Positions 41,088 through 51,378 of a DNA stretch of 64,000 nt are shown here, piece by piece. Where the stretch lies: IMG/VR virus record IMGVR_UViG_3300047321_000238, positions 1-64,000 of that record; one strand, given 5' to 3'. The translations under genes were made by a program, and so were the position numbers. Position 1 is the stretch's first letter; the number at the start of each line of letters is the position of its first letter. The notes under the pieces were generated by a model, which had not been told where the DNA came from, did not search any database, and saw only the letters and a program-made list of their open reading frames with translations.

Positions 41088-42407
41088 TTAACCTAATAGT
41101 ATACTAGATAAAATATCTCTTACGCTTTCTGTCATATCATTATTACTATCTGATTTTGCTTCATTCACATTGATGTTTTGTTTTTTTACAATTTCTTCGG
41201 ATTTTAATCCTTCATCTTCTACTTTTGTAATGTTTTTAACACCATTGATACCTGATAACTCTTCTTTTAAATCTAATATAGAATCTTTTATTGATTCAGT
41301 AGATCTGCTAGTTAAACTTTCTTTTAATACAACTGGTTTGTTAAGAGCAGTTCTAAGAACGTTTAAATTCTCTTCAGCTGATTCTCTTAATTCAACTTTC
41401 ACGCTTATAAGATTACTCTCTGCAGCTTCTTTTAACACAATCTCTTGCTTTAAAGATTTTTCTACTGTATCTAATCTATCAACTATAATAACTAAGTCAG
41501 ATTTAGATTTAGCCAAGTCTTTAGCAACAGTTTCTTTCTCTGTTTCTAATTTAATTACTTTAGCTTTTAATTCTGCTATCTCAGCATCCTTAGCTGTGAT
41601 TATTGATTCCTCAACTTTTTCTTTAGTCTCAGTAGCTGTTGCTTCAACGACTTGGTCTTTCTTAACCTCTTCTTCTATTTTTTGACTTTCTTGTACTTCT
41701 AAGTTTTGTTTGTTATCTTCCATTTTTTTAAACTCCCCTTCTCTTAAATTTAGGCTTTCTGATAATCCTACTTGTTTATTTTGTTTTACTTTATACGTTC
41801 TAATATTATGAGTGTATATGTCAGAAGGAACGATAACGTATGAAAGTTCTTTTGCTTCCATTTCGTAAACTTCCCAATAACATGTTTTGTTATTTTCATA
41901 AACTGCTCCTCTATCATGTCCACATACAGAATCTCCATTTTGATCTAATTCAATTTGTTCTCCACATATTGAACATCTTACGTCATGAGCAGTGACTCCT
42001 ACAGAAACAGTTTTAAGTCTGCCATCTTGTATTTGTTCTTTACCTTCTTTATCTGGAACATTACATGTAAATAATAATGCTGGTGTTCCAGATCTAGTAT
42101 TTTTAGTTACTTTTTCAGCACTAACTACTCTACCGATTATTTTACCGTTCTGCTCGTTATGATGCATGATTAACGGTTTTTGATAAGGCTTTGTCCAACT
42201 TGGAATGCTTGAATCCAAAGCTGACTCCATGTACCAAGTAAAGTTTCTAGTAGGGCCAACGTGTAGTCCTTCTATCTCTTGCATTATAGAATCTTCAGAT
42301 ATAGGATCTATATCCACTACGTATTCTTTACAGTCTAAATTAGTGTTTTTTGTTGCACCTTTATTTAGAACTTTACTTCCTACATATTCTTGTAACTCAA
42401 TTGCCAT
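41088..42407 (-). CDS. Prohead protease with C-terminal scaffold coiled coil
   Basis: MHHN..IIGRV, TVSVG, CSICG..CGH and ELSYVIVPSD; long acidic coiled-coil tail. Confidence 0.75.
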   Translation of the reverse strand: MAIELQEYVGSKVLNKGATKNTNLDCKEYVVDIDPISEDSIMQEIEGLHVGPTRNFTWYMESALDSSIPSWTKPYQKPLIMHHNEQNGKIIGRVVSAEKVTKNTRSGTPALLFTCNVPDKEGKEQIQDGRLKTVSVGVTAHDVRCSICGEQIELDQNGDSVCGHDRGAVYENNKTCYWEVYEMEAKELSYVIVPSDIYTHNIRTYKVKQNKQVGLSESLNLREGEFKKMEDNKQNLEVQESQKIEEEVKKDQVVEATATETKEKVEESIITAKDAEIAELKAKVIKLETEKETVAKDLAKSKSDLVIIVDRLDTVEKSLKQEIVLKEAAESNLISVKVELRESAEENLNVLRTALNKPVVLKESLTSRSTESIKDSILDLKEELSGINGVKNITKVEDEGLKSEEIVKKQNINVNEAKSDSNNDMTESVRDILSSILLG

Positions 42408-44621
42408 TTACTTTGCTCCTTTCTTAAATGTGATTTTGCAACTACAAAAAGAATGGAATGGAGGAATCTCATCAACATTAATAGCTTTTAATTCAATCGT
42501 CTTATTATATTGTTTACTGTCTTCCGAATCACCAAAGTCTACATAAGCTTCTTGATATTTAAATGCTTCTCCTGTTTTTAAGTACGAGTACCAATATACT
42601 TTAGGTAGAATATATTCTAATAAGTATCTAACTCTATATTCCAGTACATCGAAAACATCATTAACATGATTTTCGCTAGTGTCATCCTTTATTCTCTTTT
42701 TAATGTCTTGCAATGTTTTTTGTAATGTGATTCTTGCTTCGTCTTCGAATTGCATTAAAGTAATTCTGACTGTAGGTAATATTAGCTTTTTATTCTGAAG
42801 CGTTTCTATATCATCAGTAGCTTTATTAATACCTTCTAAAGAATACAATTGCATATTTAATTTGACTTCTTCAATTAGATTTGTTAAAGCCAATGGGAAT
42901 ATTAAATCGATATCTTCTGGATTATCGATAATATCATTACGCAAGTTATTGTATTTTATATATACCGACTCAAAACTTTTTTTGTGTTTTGTCTTAGAAT
43001 TTTTTGCTTTCTCTTGCAAACTCAAACTTTCCTTAATCTTTACAGATGTTTTACCATGCTGATTTGAAGGAGTATTTGTATTACTTATTGACTTATTTGG
43101 TTTGCTACTTTTGCTTGTACCATTTCCTTTTGGATTAACTCCTTTAGAACCTGAACCTGTTACAGCTTTTGATTTAGCAGCAACTGCAGCTTGTTTAGCT
43201 TGAGCATCCGCGGTTATCTTAGCTGTCTTTAATGCTGTATCTGCATTAAACTTAGCTTGTTCCATTTGGATATCTCCTTGTTCTTGTGCAATCTCAACCG
43301 AAGCATCAGTTTGAACATTAATCATATCTTCTTGTGCTTTGCCTATAATCATGTTTTGATATAATCTTTCTTCATCAACAGTTTCCTTCTTACCGATTTC
43401 TCTTCTCATTTCTTCGAATGTAATCATGTTAGATTGGAACTTGTTCATTTCATGATTCTCTAACTTAATTCTTGTATCAATAGAGATTTCATTAAATACA
43501 AAACTTACTCTGTCATCTTCATTAGTAACTGGATTGAATCCACCTTCTAATAGTAATTCGTTGATGACAAAATTCTCTAGGAATATAGAGAATATCTTTT
43601 GAATGTATTTAACTGTATCATGAGCTTGTGATTCCATAGTGTCAGCATTACTTCCTGTAGCACCTCTACCCATTTGAGATTGAGATACTCCCAAAGCAGA
43701 GAATACCCTGTTTTCAAAGTATGTTAAATATGCAGATGCATTAAGAGCTGTTCCTTGTGCACCAATCGCTTTTATTTCTGTCTTTTCGTTTGTTACAACA
43801 GAACCATCAAGTGGCATACTTTCTATTTCACGTTTTGCTTCATCTATTTCTCTATCTGTAGCTTGGAATCCTGTTAGAGGTTTACCAATTATCCATTGAA
43901 ATAGAGGCATTGAAAATCTGTGAATTAAAGTCATTATATTTCCTTCAATTCTTCTAAGTATCTTTACATCTTCCATTGCTGCAAGCATTCTTGGTGTACC
44001 AAAAGCATTAGATGCTTCTTTATCAAGATAGAAATGTATTACTTCTGTAACATCGTATATCTTTTCTTTTCCATCTACTTGTTGAATGTATTTCTTAATC
44101 TCACCATTAATTCCTCTTTGTACAGAAACTGTAGCTGGATCAATCTTAAAATAACCGCCTATAGGGTTGTCCTTATAAAATCCTTTTGCTTGAACTCCAT
44201 CCATGATATTCTTAACTCTTGATTTAATAATAAAAGCATTTGAATATTTAATAAGATCATCGCCTATTTCCTGAAACAAAATGTCTACAGGTTTTCCAGT
44301 AGAAAAACTCATTATATAAAGTCTTGTCTTGATATAGTCTGTTGCCTTTTCATTTTCTGATTTGAGTAAGTACCCAGCTTTAAATAACATATAACTATAT
44401 TTCATTATTGACATTTTGATATAAGAGTCAGCTTCAGCAGCTTCTCTAATTTCTGCTAAGTCGTATTCAGGTGCAGATAGATTTTCTCTCGTATCTGCAT
44501 CCCCCTTAATAAGACTAATTGCTTTAACTAAATAATTCTTATAATTATTTTTATTTACATTTGAACTAGGTGACTCTGTGAAATTTCTATTGTTAGCTTT
44601 TGACTTAAAAAAGAAACCCAT
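42408..44621 (-). CDS. Portal protein with C-terminal MuF/gp7-like extension
   Basis: DLIKYSNAF, EVIHF..AFGTP and ALGVSQSQMG portal motifs; terminal IPPFHSFCSC. Confidence 0.8.
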   Translation of the reverse strand: MGFFFKSKANNRNFTESPSSNVNKNNYKNYLVKAISLIKGDADTRENLSAPEYDLAEIREAAEADSYIKMSIMKYSYMLFKAGYLLKSENEKATDYIKTRLYIMSFSTGKPVDILFQEIGDDLIKYSNAFIIKSRVKNIMDGVQAKGFYKDNPIGGYFKIDPATVSVQRGINGEIKKYIQQVDGKEKIYDVTEVIHFYLDKEASNAFGTPRMLAAMEDVKILRRIEGNIMTLIHRFSMPLFQWIIGKPLTGFQATDREIDEAKREIESMPLDGSVVTNEKTEIKAIGAQGTALNASAYLTYFENRVFSALGVSQSQMGRGATGSNADTMESQAHDTVKYIQKIFSIFLENFVINELLLEGGFNPVTNEDDRVSFVFNEISIDTRIKLENHEMNKFQSNMITFEEMRREIGKKETVDEERLYQNMIIGKAQEDMINVQTDASVEIAQEQGDIQMEQAKFNADTALKTAKITADAQAKQAAVAAKSKAVTGSGSKGVNPKGNGTSKSSKPNKSISNTNTPSNQHGKTSVKIKESLSLQEKAKNSKTKHKKSFESVYIKYNNLRNDIIDNPEDIDLIFPLALTNLIEEVKLNMQLYSLEGINKATDDIETLQNKKLILPTVRITLMQFEDEARITLQKTLQDIKKRIKDDTSENHVNDVFDVLEYRVRYLLEYILPKVYWYSYLKTGEAFKYQEAYVDFGDSEDSKQYNKTIELKAINVDEIPPFHSFCSCKITFKKGAK

Positions 44622-44632
44622 TTAATTAACAC

Positions 44633-44935
44633 CTACTTTACTATTACTAAGATATCTGTCTCCTTTAGAATTAGAAATCTGTCGTCCCCTACAGCAATTT
44701 CTGATCCTGCAAACTTATTAAATATTACTGTTTGTCCAGCTTCAACACTTAATGGTATTAAATCTCCATTAGCTGTTAATCTTCCTTGACCTACTGCAAT
44801 GATAACTCCTTGGTCTGGTTTGGCTTGACCTGGATTATTATTAGCTATAAAGATACCACTCTTAGTAGTAACCTCTTTTTCTACTTCTGGAAGTTGAATT
44901 ATAATATTATCGTTTATTGGTTGTAATGTCATCAT
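44633..44935 (-). CDS. groES: Co-chaperonin GroES
   Basis: LQPINDNIII, TKSGIFI, GVIIAVGQGR, VIFNKFAGSEI and LILKETDIL. Confidence 0.92.
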   Translation of the reverse strand: MMTLQPINDNIIIQLPEVEKEVTTKSGIFIANNNPGQAKPDQGVIIAVGQGRLTANGDLIPLSVEAGQTVIFNKFAGSEIAVGDDRFLILKETDILVIVK

Positions 44936-44937
44936 TT

Positions 44938-45864
44938 TTAGTTCCCTCTCTCTTCATACTTATTTATTGTTAATACACTCTTGTTTTGTTTTAATAAAGT
45001 TTGAGTGCTCTCATTCATTAATATTACGCTCGAATTTAGATATTTATATAATGCATAGAAATTTTCTTTATATTTTTTATCAGCAACCTTTTTACTTTCT
45101 AATAATAATATATTAGAAGTTAGTGCTAAATCGTTGTCGTTATCAAGTTTTCCTATGTCATAATATCTTTCTATTAACTTTTCAGCTAGTTTAATTCCCC
45201 TTACGTGTAAGATAGTTGCATCCATGTCAAATAACTTTTTATGCAATCTGATAGTTTGATCAAATGAAATACTTGATTTTGTCAAGAAATCTGTCACATG
45301 TAATAAGTCCTTGTTATTAATATCTATTGAACTGTAACTTTCTAAGTTATGATTCTTATCACTCATATCTAAAGAAGCTAATGCGGTATACATATAACTT
45401 TGAGTAGCTTGATTTAATTTTTCTAAATAATCTTTATATATATCTAGAAAATCAGTTCGGTATTTATCTCCAATTACTTTTGACTTCTTTTCTAAAGGAT
45501 CAGTAATGTCGATATAAATATCTGTACCCTTAACAAATGGATCAGTTGGAAAATCATCATCTGGATCTACTGTAGAAGATGTAACAGTTGGATCTGGAAT
45601 TATATCTGGTTCTGTTATATCGTAAGCCACGTTGCTGTACTCTTCTTGTAACGCGATATATGGCGATAAATATGTTTCTTTAATTACTTGTGGAATCCAC
45701 TTTAAATTATTATCGATAGTATTTAGCAAGTTATTTATTATAATGGCGGTAGGTGTACTTGTGTCTACTGAAGGAATTAAACTAGATGAATCATCAAATG
45801 TTCCCTCTGTATAATAACTCTTTTTATTTTCTATCGATGGTTGATATAATATATCTTTACTCAT
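44938..45864 (-). CDS. Hypothetical protein (about 308 aa)
   Basis: ATG 45864 behind AGGAGG; the ORF-track extension to 45921 overlaps a terminator. Confidence 0.7.
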   Translation of the reverse strand: MSKDILYQPSIENKKSYYTEGTFDDSSSLIPSVDTSTPTAIIINNLLNTIDNNLKWIPQVIKETYLSPYIALQEEYSNVAYDITEPDIIPDPTVTSSTVDPDDDFPTDPFVKGTDIYIDITDPLEKKSKVIGDKYRTDFLDIYKDYLEKLNQATQSYMYTALASLDMSDKNHNLESYSSIDINNKDLLHVTDFLTKSSISFDQTIRLHKKLFDMDATILHVRGIKLAEKLIERYYDIGKLDNDNDLALTSNILLLESKKVADKKYKENFYALYKYLNSSVILMNESTQTLLKQNKSVLTINKYEERGN

Positions 45865-45890
45865 TTTTGTTTTGCCTCCTATATTAAAAT

Positions 45891-45918
45891 AAGCACTAGA
45901 GGGGGAAATTCTAGTGCT
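45891..45918 (-). terminator. Probable terminator after terminase
   Basis: agcactaga...tctagtgct stem, T-rich tail on minus strand. Confidence 0.6.
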
Positions 45919-45975
45919 CATTCCGTATAATATATGATGAAAGGGAGGATATATATAGAACGTATTTCTACGTAA

Positions 45976-47727
45976 CTACCACATTGATCTTCCGCCGCCA
46001 CCGCCAGCTCTCTTACCCCAAGAACTACTTCTTGTTGAAGCACTGCTTCGATAACCTTGAGATACTTTATACCATGAAGGTCTGTCTCCTCTTAAGTCAT
46101 CAGATGGTGGTTGTAATGGAACTCCGTTGCTAGAATAACTACCTTGTATTTGATTAAACATACTGTTCAATCCTGCTTGGCCTGGAATCTTACTTGAGAA
46201 ACTCATCTTTGTTGCAACTTCCATATCTTTTATAGTACCAGTCAATTCTTTGAATTCTAATACCATTGCTAAATATGCAAGTCCCATAGCATCAATATAA
46301 TGCTCTTCCTTAGATGAGAACACAGGCTTTCCGTCTGCAGAGATTCTTTCAACTTCATAGTTAACTAGTTGAGTATATAAAACTGTATCTAATGGTGACA
46401 TCATCATTCTATCTCTTTCAAAGCACAATGTTAATTGGTTTACCATAAATGGTTTCATTGGTTGTTTACTAACTTCTCCTGTTACAGGATCTACTATATC
46501 TATTACGTTAGAAAACTGCCATCTCTTAACTTTATTCTTTAATCCTGATTCAGGATGTTCATCTCCATATATATGAAGTCTTTCTATTTGATATTCTCCA
46601 GATCCTGCATCACAATAGATAAAGGCTGGTCTATAAATATCATTTAGTTCGATTATAGTGTTAACAGCATTGTCATAACTATAGTCGGCTCTTGCTAGTT
46701 CTACCCTTTTGATTACCTGGAATTTTTCCTTTATTACATTGTACTCTAAAATAATTATAGAAGATGATGCCCCATATTTATCCCAATCTATCCCCATTGT
46801 TCTAAATGGATTATACATTGGCTTGTTTAATTTATCATAAGAAAGCATTTTAGGAAATCTTTTTTCTCTTTCGCATAATAATTGTTGTTCATAATCTAAT
46901 TTATTATAAGCATAATATTCGAAAGTTAAAGATGCATCTAGTCTATCTTTAGGGAATACTCCTTTGTCTTGTGTACCAAAGTCAGCTTCTATTTCGTGTA
47001 CGTAAGCTTGAGCTGTTAATTGTGCTCTAAACTCAGAGGCCATTCTATCACACCAGTTTGGATTATGCATCGATGGATGATAGTGTTCTACAAATCCCAT
47101 GTTCTTATCTGTACATGCATTATAGAAATGCGATCTCTTACCTGTTGGGGTACTACTCATAGTAGTTCCTATATTAGGTCTTTCTGCAGCAATTGTAGTT
47201 ACAGCATCATAACAAACGTCAGACATATAATCTACTTCATCTAGATATAGCCAGTCAGCTTTTTGTCCACGGACAGAAGAAGCATCATTACCAGCAGTAA
47301 ATCCAATAATAGCTGATTCGTTCTTAAATTTAATTATAAATGGATTCTTTGTATTCGTAACCACTTCACTCGCTATCAATGGTGAAGATCTAAGTATTTC
47401 GTTTATACGCATGAATATTAATCTGATTTGATTTTCGTATGGAGTAACTACAACTATTCGATAGTTCTTTCTAGTGCACGCTCTCCAAAGCATGTCCACA
47501 ACCATTGTTTCCGTTTTACCTGTTCTTCGTCCGCATCTATAAACTTTCTTTAAACTTGGATCTCGAAGCATTTGAACTTGATACCAACGGGCGAGCCATG
47601 GTTCCTCTTTCTTTGTTATCGGATTAAATATTCTAAGAAATACTTGGGCCCACTTAACAGGATCGTTTAATACTTCTTGCATATTCTTTTTTTCTATCTC
47701 AGACATTTTCTGTCTTAATATTGCCAT
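45976..47727 (-). CDS. terL: Terminase large subunit
   Basis: Walker A CGRRTGKT, Walker B LYLDEVD, STPTG, nuclease MGIDWD and HYIDA. Confidence 0.92.
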   Translation of the reverse strand: MAILRQKMSEIEKKNMQEVLNDPVKWAQVFLRIFNPITKKEEPWLARWYQVQMLRDPSLKKVYRCGRRTGKTETMVVDMLWRACTRKNYRIVVVTPYENQIRLIFMRINEILRSSPLIASEVVTNTKNPFIIKFKNESAIIGFTAGNDASSVRGQKADWLYLDEVDYMSDVCYDAVTTIAAERPNIGTTMSSTPTGKRSHFYNACTDKNMGFVEHYHPSMHNPNWCDRMASEFRAQLTAQAYVHEIEADFGTQDKGVFPKDRLDASLTFEYYAYNKLDYEQQLLCEREKRFPKMLSYDKLNKPMYNPFRTMGIDWDKYGASSSIIILEYNVIKEKFQVIKRVELARADYSYDNAVNTIIELNDIYRPAFIYCDAGSGEYQIERLHIYGDEHPESGLKNKVKRWQFSNVIDIVDPVTGEVSKQPMKPFMVNQLTLCFERDRMMMSPLDTVLYTQLVNYEVERISADGKPVFSSKEEHYIDAMGLAYLAMVLEFKELTGTIKDMEVATKMSFSSKIPGQAGLNSMFNQIQGSYSSNGVPLQPPSDDLRGDRPSWYKVSQGYRSSASTRSSSWGKRAGGGGGRSMW

Positions 47728-47777
47728 ATGATTTAGTCACCTCTATTATTAATTATATTTATATTTATATAAACATA

Positions 47778-47802
47778 TAGCCAGGTCATTTCTGCCTGGC
47801 TA
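47778..47802 (-). terminator. Probable terminator hairpin
   Basis: tagccagg...cctggcta perfect 8-bp stem in intergenic gap. Confidence 0.55.
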
Positions 47803-47840
47803 CTGTAAGTATCTAATTGTGCACTTAATGATGGTGTTTA

Positions 47841-48197
47841 TTAATATTTAATATCTATAGAAACTTCTGAAGGAATCAAATCAGAATTATAGTCATCTTG
47901 AAGTTTTTCCATCTTTTGTTCCATTTGTAGTTGAACTTCTTCTAAGAAACTTTCGATATAGCCAGCAGTTATATCAGTATCAATTTCTAATGAAGCATCA
48001 AACTTTGCTTTAGCTTTAAATCCTGTCATAATTCTTTTTGCGAATTTAACTGAATTTCCACCATAGTTTTTGTCTATTTCAATAATTGGTTCTCCTAATT
48101 GTTCTAGCATTTGCTTTTCTCTATCTGTGAAAAAGAAAGTTTCTAGTTCAATAGTGACCATCTTATTTTTAGTAAACTTTTTGATTTTAAGTTTCAT
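47841..48197 (-). CDS. Hypothetical protein (paralog of neighbour)
   Basis: ORF with RBS; similar layout to 48218-48709. Confidence 0.65.
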   Translation of the reverse strand: MKLKIKKFTKNKMVTIELETFFFTDREKQMLEQLGEPIIEIDKNYGGNSVKFAKRIMTGFKAKAKFDASLEIDTDITAGYIESFLEEVQLQMEQKMEKLQDDYNSDLIPSEVSIDIKY

Positions 48198-48217
48198 GGA
48201 TGATCATCTCCAATCTA

Positions 48218-48709
48218 TTATTGTAAATCTACAGTAAATGTTCCTGCAGGTACAGTCTTTTCAAAAGTAGTTGCTTCTGCTTTCCAGTCAGCTACAGCTT
48301 TTTCAATTCTATCTTGCATAGTTTTTTCAAACAATTCACATTTAAGTTCTGCTACTTTTAAAGCAGGTAATACAGTTGCTACGTCAAATTGAACTTGAGC
48401 TTCTAATTTGCCATCACATTTGAACACTAAAGAACTAGTCTTAGTAAGTTGTACAACATTAGTAGGAGTAGCAAATTTAAATGCAATTGTATCTACGCCA
48501 ACTACTCCAGTTAAAGATGCAGAGAAATCTCCACTAACGTCTTTAGTTATAAAACCTGAAAATAAACTTCCTGTATCTACTGATACTGCACCGAAATCAT
48601 TTTCCAAACCAGCTTCTATAATATCGTCTGGATCATCTTGTACAAATTTTCTAACAACAGTAGAAGTAAAAGCTTTATTAGTTAAATCTCTTAATACATC
48701 AAATTTCAT
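48218..48709 (-). CDS. Hypothetical protein
   Basis: ORF with AAGGA RBS. Confidence 0.65.
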   Translation of the reverse strand: MKFDVLRDLTNKAFTSTVVRKFVQDDPDDIIEAGLENDFGAVSVDTGSLFSGFITKDVSGDFSASLTGVVGVDTIAFKFATPTNVVQLTKTSSLVFKCDGKLEAQVQFDVATVLPALKVAELKCELFEKTMQDRIEKAVADWKAEATTFEKTVPAGTFTVDLQ

Positions 48710-48823
48710 TATTAGTCACGTCCTTTATATATATTTCACCATCATCAAGTGCAATCTACACATAATCATTACTTCATATTTTTCTGTTTTTAACATAGTA
48801 CTGAAAACGTTAATTACTTTTTT

Positions 48824-49393
48824 TTAGTTATACATTATATTGTATGTCTCTATGCCTGCTAGGAAGAAATGTACATGAGTAGGAAAAGTAGAAGTTACTA
48901 CATTAAGCATCTCATCATTAGTAGAATCATTTGTGTTATAATCATCAAAGAACACTTCTGGATTCATTCTAAATCCTAATAAGTTTTGTGAGTTGTTATT
49001 ATAGAAGTATATAATTGTACCAAAATTAAATTCGATACTATATCTATTATGTCTAACAACTTGTCCCATAAGATCTGAACGATTTAATAGTTCTATCATT
49101 GCTTCTTTCATATAACGACATTGATTATTTGTTCTACTTATAATAAGCTTAGTGTTATGTGTTTGATTTAAGAATATGCTTTGATATACTTTTAAGAGCA
49201 AGGCAGTAGATGTACCACTTTGTCTTGGTTGAGCCGCATACATTGTTTGTGAATTACTAGCAGTCTCAGCTATCAAAACATCTAATTGATAATCATTTAA
49301 ATAATACCCACATAAACGTCTTAGGTTTTCCCTTCTTCTGTTATATCTATATTCCTCAGTTTGCATATCTTGTACTAATTTTAATATCTCCAT
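48824..49393 (-). CDS. Terminase-ATPase-like domain protein with degenerate Walker A
   Basis: LNDYQ (Q-motif), PRQSGTST (K replaced by T), LLGFR and VFFDDY; start 49393 behind GGAGG. Confidence 0.55.
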   Translation of the reverse strand: MEILKLVQDMQTEEYRYNRRRENLRRLCGYYLNDYQLDVLIAETASNSQTMYAAQPRQSGTSTALLLKVYQSIFLNQTHNTKLIISRTNNQCRYMKEAMIELLNRSDLMGQVVRHNRYSIEFNFGTIIYFYNNNSQNLLGFRMNPEVFFDDYNTNDSTNDEMLNVVTSTFPTHVHFFLAGIETYNIMYN

Positions 49394-49429
49394 AACGTAA
49401 CATCCTCCAAACATTTAATTAATAGCTAT

Positions 49430-50257
49430 TTATTGACCATATGCTTTTTGTTGACCATATAATTCTGAGTTACTCATTTGGCCGCCTCTACCAAACATCG
49501 AGAATATTAATCCCCCACCAACTGCTATAGGTATAGCTTGTTTCAAGAACGAATCCATTTTACCTTGAGTCTGTTTTTGCTCTTCCTTTTTTGTACTTTT
49601 TATTTGATTCTTTAATTGATCGTTATTTTCTGCATACATTTTTCTTAAAACTTCAGGATCTTTTATATTTACAGGACCATGATCTGGTATTTTTGGGCCA
49701 AAATGCTCTTTTGGAATTGTATTATTAAATTCATTCATAAAATTAACTCTGCCAGTTCTCATAGTGTCAGCAATATTTTCTGAAGATCTTCCATTTAAAT
49801 AACTTAATGCATTACCTAATTTAGTATCAGTAGCTGCAACGTTGTTTCTTGTTTTATTAGCTCTTAACTTACTAATTTGATAATCTAAATCAGGATCTGC
49901 CTTACTAACTTTTAAAGTTTGTCCCATATCAGCAGCTCTTTGATTCCACATTTTTTCGTTATTTATAGTTTTTTGTTTTTTCATTGCATCATCATAAAAA
50001 GCATTTGGTCCTTTTGAATTCCTAAAAATACTTAAATCAGGTTCTTCAGTAACATTATCTAGAACATTTTTAACATACTTACTTTCATTTTGTTCAAATT
50101 TTCTTCCTTGTGACATTATAGTATGTTCTAAAGAATTTGCTTCGAATTTTTTACCCTGATTAAGTATTAATTCGCGAACTGATTTTGCTGTTCCTCTTTT
50201 TAATTCAAGATTTATTCCTTTAGTTGCAAGTTGTTCTGCAATATTTCCAAAACCCAT
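49430..50257 (-). CDS. Hypothetical protein with C-terminal hydrophobic helix (possible internal virion protein)
   Basis: ORF with RBS; AIPIAVGGGLIFSMFG. Confidence 0.6.
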   Translation of the reverse strand: MGFGNIAEQLATKGINLELKRGTAKSVRELILNQGKKFEANSLEHTIMSQGRKFEQNESKYVKNVLDNVTEEPDLSIFRNSKGPNAFYDDAMKKQKTINNEKMWNQRAADMGQTLKVSKADPDLDYQISKLRANKTRNNVAATDTKLGNALSYLNGRSSENIADTMRTGRVNFMNEFNNTIPKEHFGPKIPDHGPVNIKDPEVLRKMYAENNDQLKNQIKSTKKEEQKQTQGKMDSFLKQAIPIAVGGGLIFSMFGRGGQMSNSELYGQQKAYGQ

Positions 50258-50286
50258 TATATTTCACTTCCTTTCTTAGCTATTAA

Positions 50287-50721
50287 TTACCTATTTAAAT
50301 AAGCAGCTTCATTTCCCATTAATGTTTGTTGTAAATTGTATTGACTTGCTTTAGCCATTTGCATTCCTGCTTGTCTCATTGTGAAAGCTTGATTGTAATC
50401 ATTAAAGCTAGAATTAACAAAAGGAACTTGTTTTCCTTGTTGATTCATTTGTCTTGTTAATTTACCTAATGATTCATATCCTTCTACGGCCATCTTAGGA
50501 AGTGCTGGTAGTAATTGCATTGCCATCGTTGGTACAAAACCTAATGATTGATACAATGCGAAATTTCCTACACCAGCAACTGTTGCTCCTAATCTACTTG
50601 AACCACCTTCTCTTGCAGTCTTGTAGTCAGATGCAGCAAAAGCAACGTCCATACCAACACCAATCATTGAACCAAGACCTATCTTTTCTAAAGCACCTTT
50701 TGCAAAAGGGATCTTCGCCAT
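50287..50721 (-). CDS. Gly/Ala-rich membrane-like protein
   Basis: ORF with RBS; hydrophobic GxxxG segments; Gln/Met-rich tail. Confidence 0.6.
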   Translation of the reverse strand: MAKIPFAKGALEKIGLGSMIGVGMDVAFAASDYKTAREGGSSRLGATVAGVGNFALYQSLGFVPTMAMQLLPALPKMAVEGYESLGKLTRQMNQQGKQVPFVNSSFNDYNQAFTMRQAGMQMAKASQYNLQQTLMGNEAAYLNR

Positions 50722-50732
50722 ATTATTTCCTC

Positions 50733-51362
50733 CTATCTATTTTTGAACATAGAGAATACTAAGTCTCCAGTTGCACCTGCATTGTTTGAATAACTTCCTC
50801 CACTAGATTGTTGTTGTACTGGAACTATTGGTGTAGCATTTCTTATTATTCCATCATTAGTTCCCATTCTACTTTTCTCAAAAGCACTTACTCCATCAGC
50901 AAGACCTTTAAATGCAGATGCTCCAAGTATTAATGGAATAGCAGTTGCTTTATTTAATTTAAATTCTCCTAAGTCTCCTAAGCCAACTGGACCTTTTGGA
51001 GCTTTTATCATTCCTCTACCAACAGTGCCTAATGCGTTTACACCAATCATTGCAGCACCAGCTACACCCAAAGCAGCACCTGAAGCTACAGTTGCTCCAC
51101 CAAATGCTGCAAGTCCTGCTCCCCATGCTGCTCCTCTACCAGCAGCTTTTCTTGGATCAACTTGACCATCTTGATCTGCAAGTACTGCACCAGCAGTAGC
51201 TCCAGCTAACACTGTTCCTACTACGGCAGCAGCACGATTATCAAATTGATGCATTAGAGATTTTCCTGGTACTTTAGCTATATCCATACTAATCTCTCCA
51301 ACAGCACGAGCAGAACCTAAACCTAATTTACCTATACCTTTTAATATACCACCTAAGCCCAT
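50733..51362 (-). CDS. Gly/Ala-rich membrane-like protein
   Basis: Several glycine-zipper-like hydrophobic segments. Confidence 0.6.
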   Translation of the reverse strand: MGLGGILKGIGKLGLGSARAVGEISMDIAKVPGKSLMHQFDNRAAAVVGTVLAGATAGAVLADQDGQVDPRKAAGRGAAWGAGLAAFGGATVASGAALGVAGAAMIGVNALGTVGRGMIKAPKGPVGLGDLGEFKLNKATAIPLILGASAFKGLADGVSAFEKSRMGTNDGIIRNATPIVPVQQQSSGGSYSNNAGATGDLVFSMFKNR

Positions 51363-51378
51363 AAGCTATTTCATCTCC

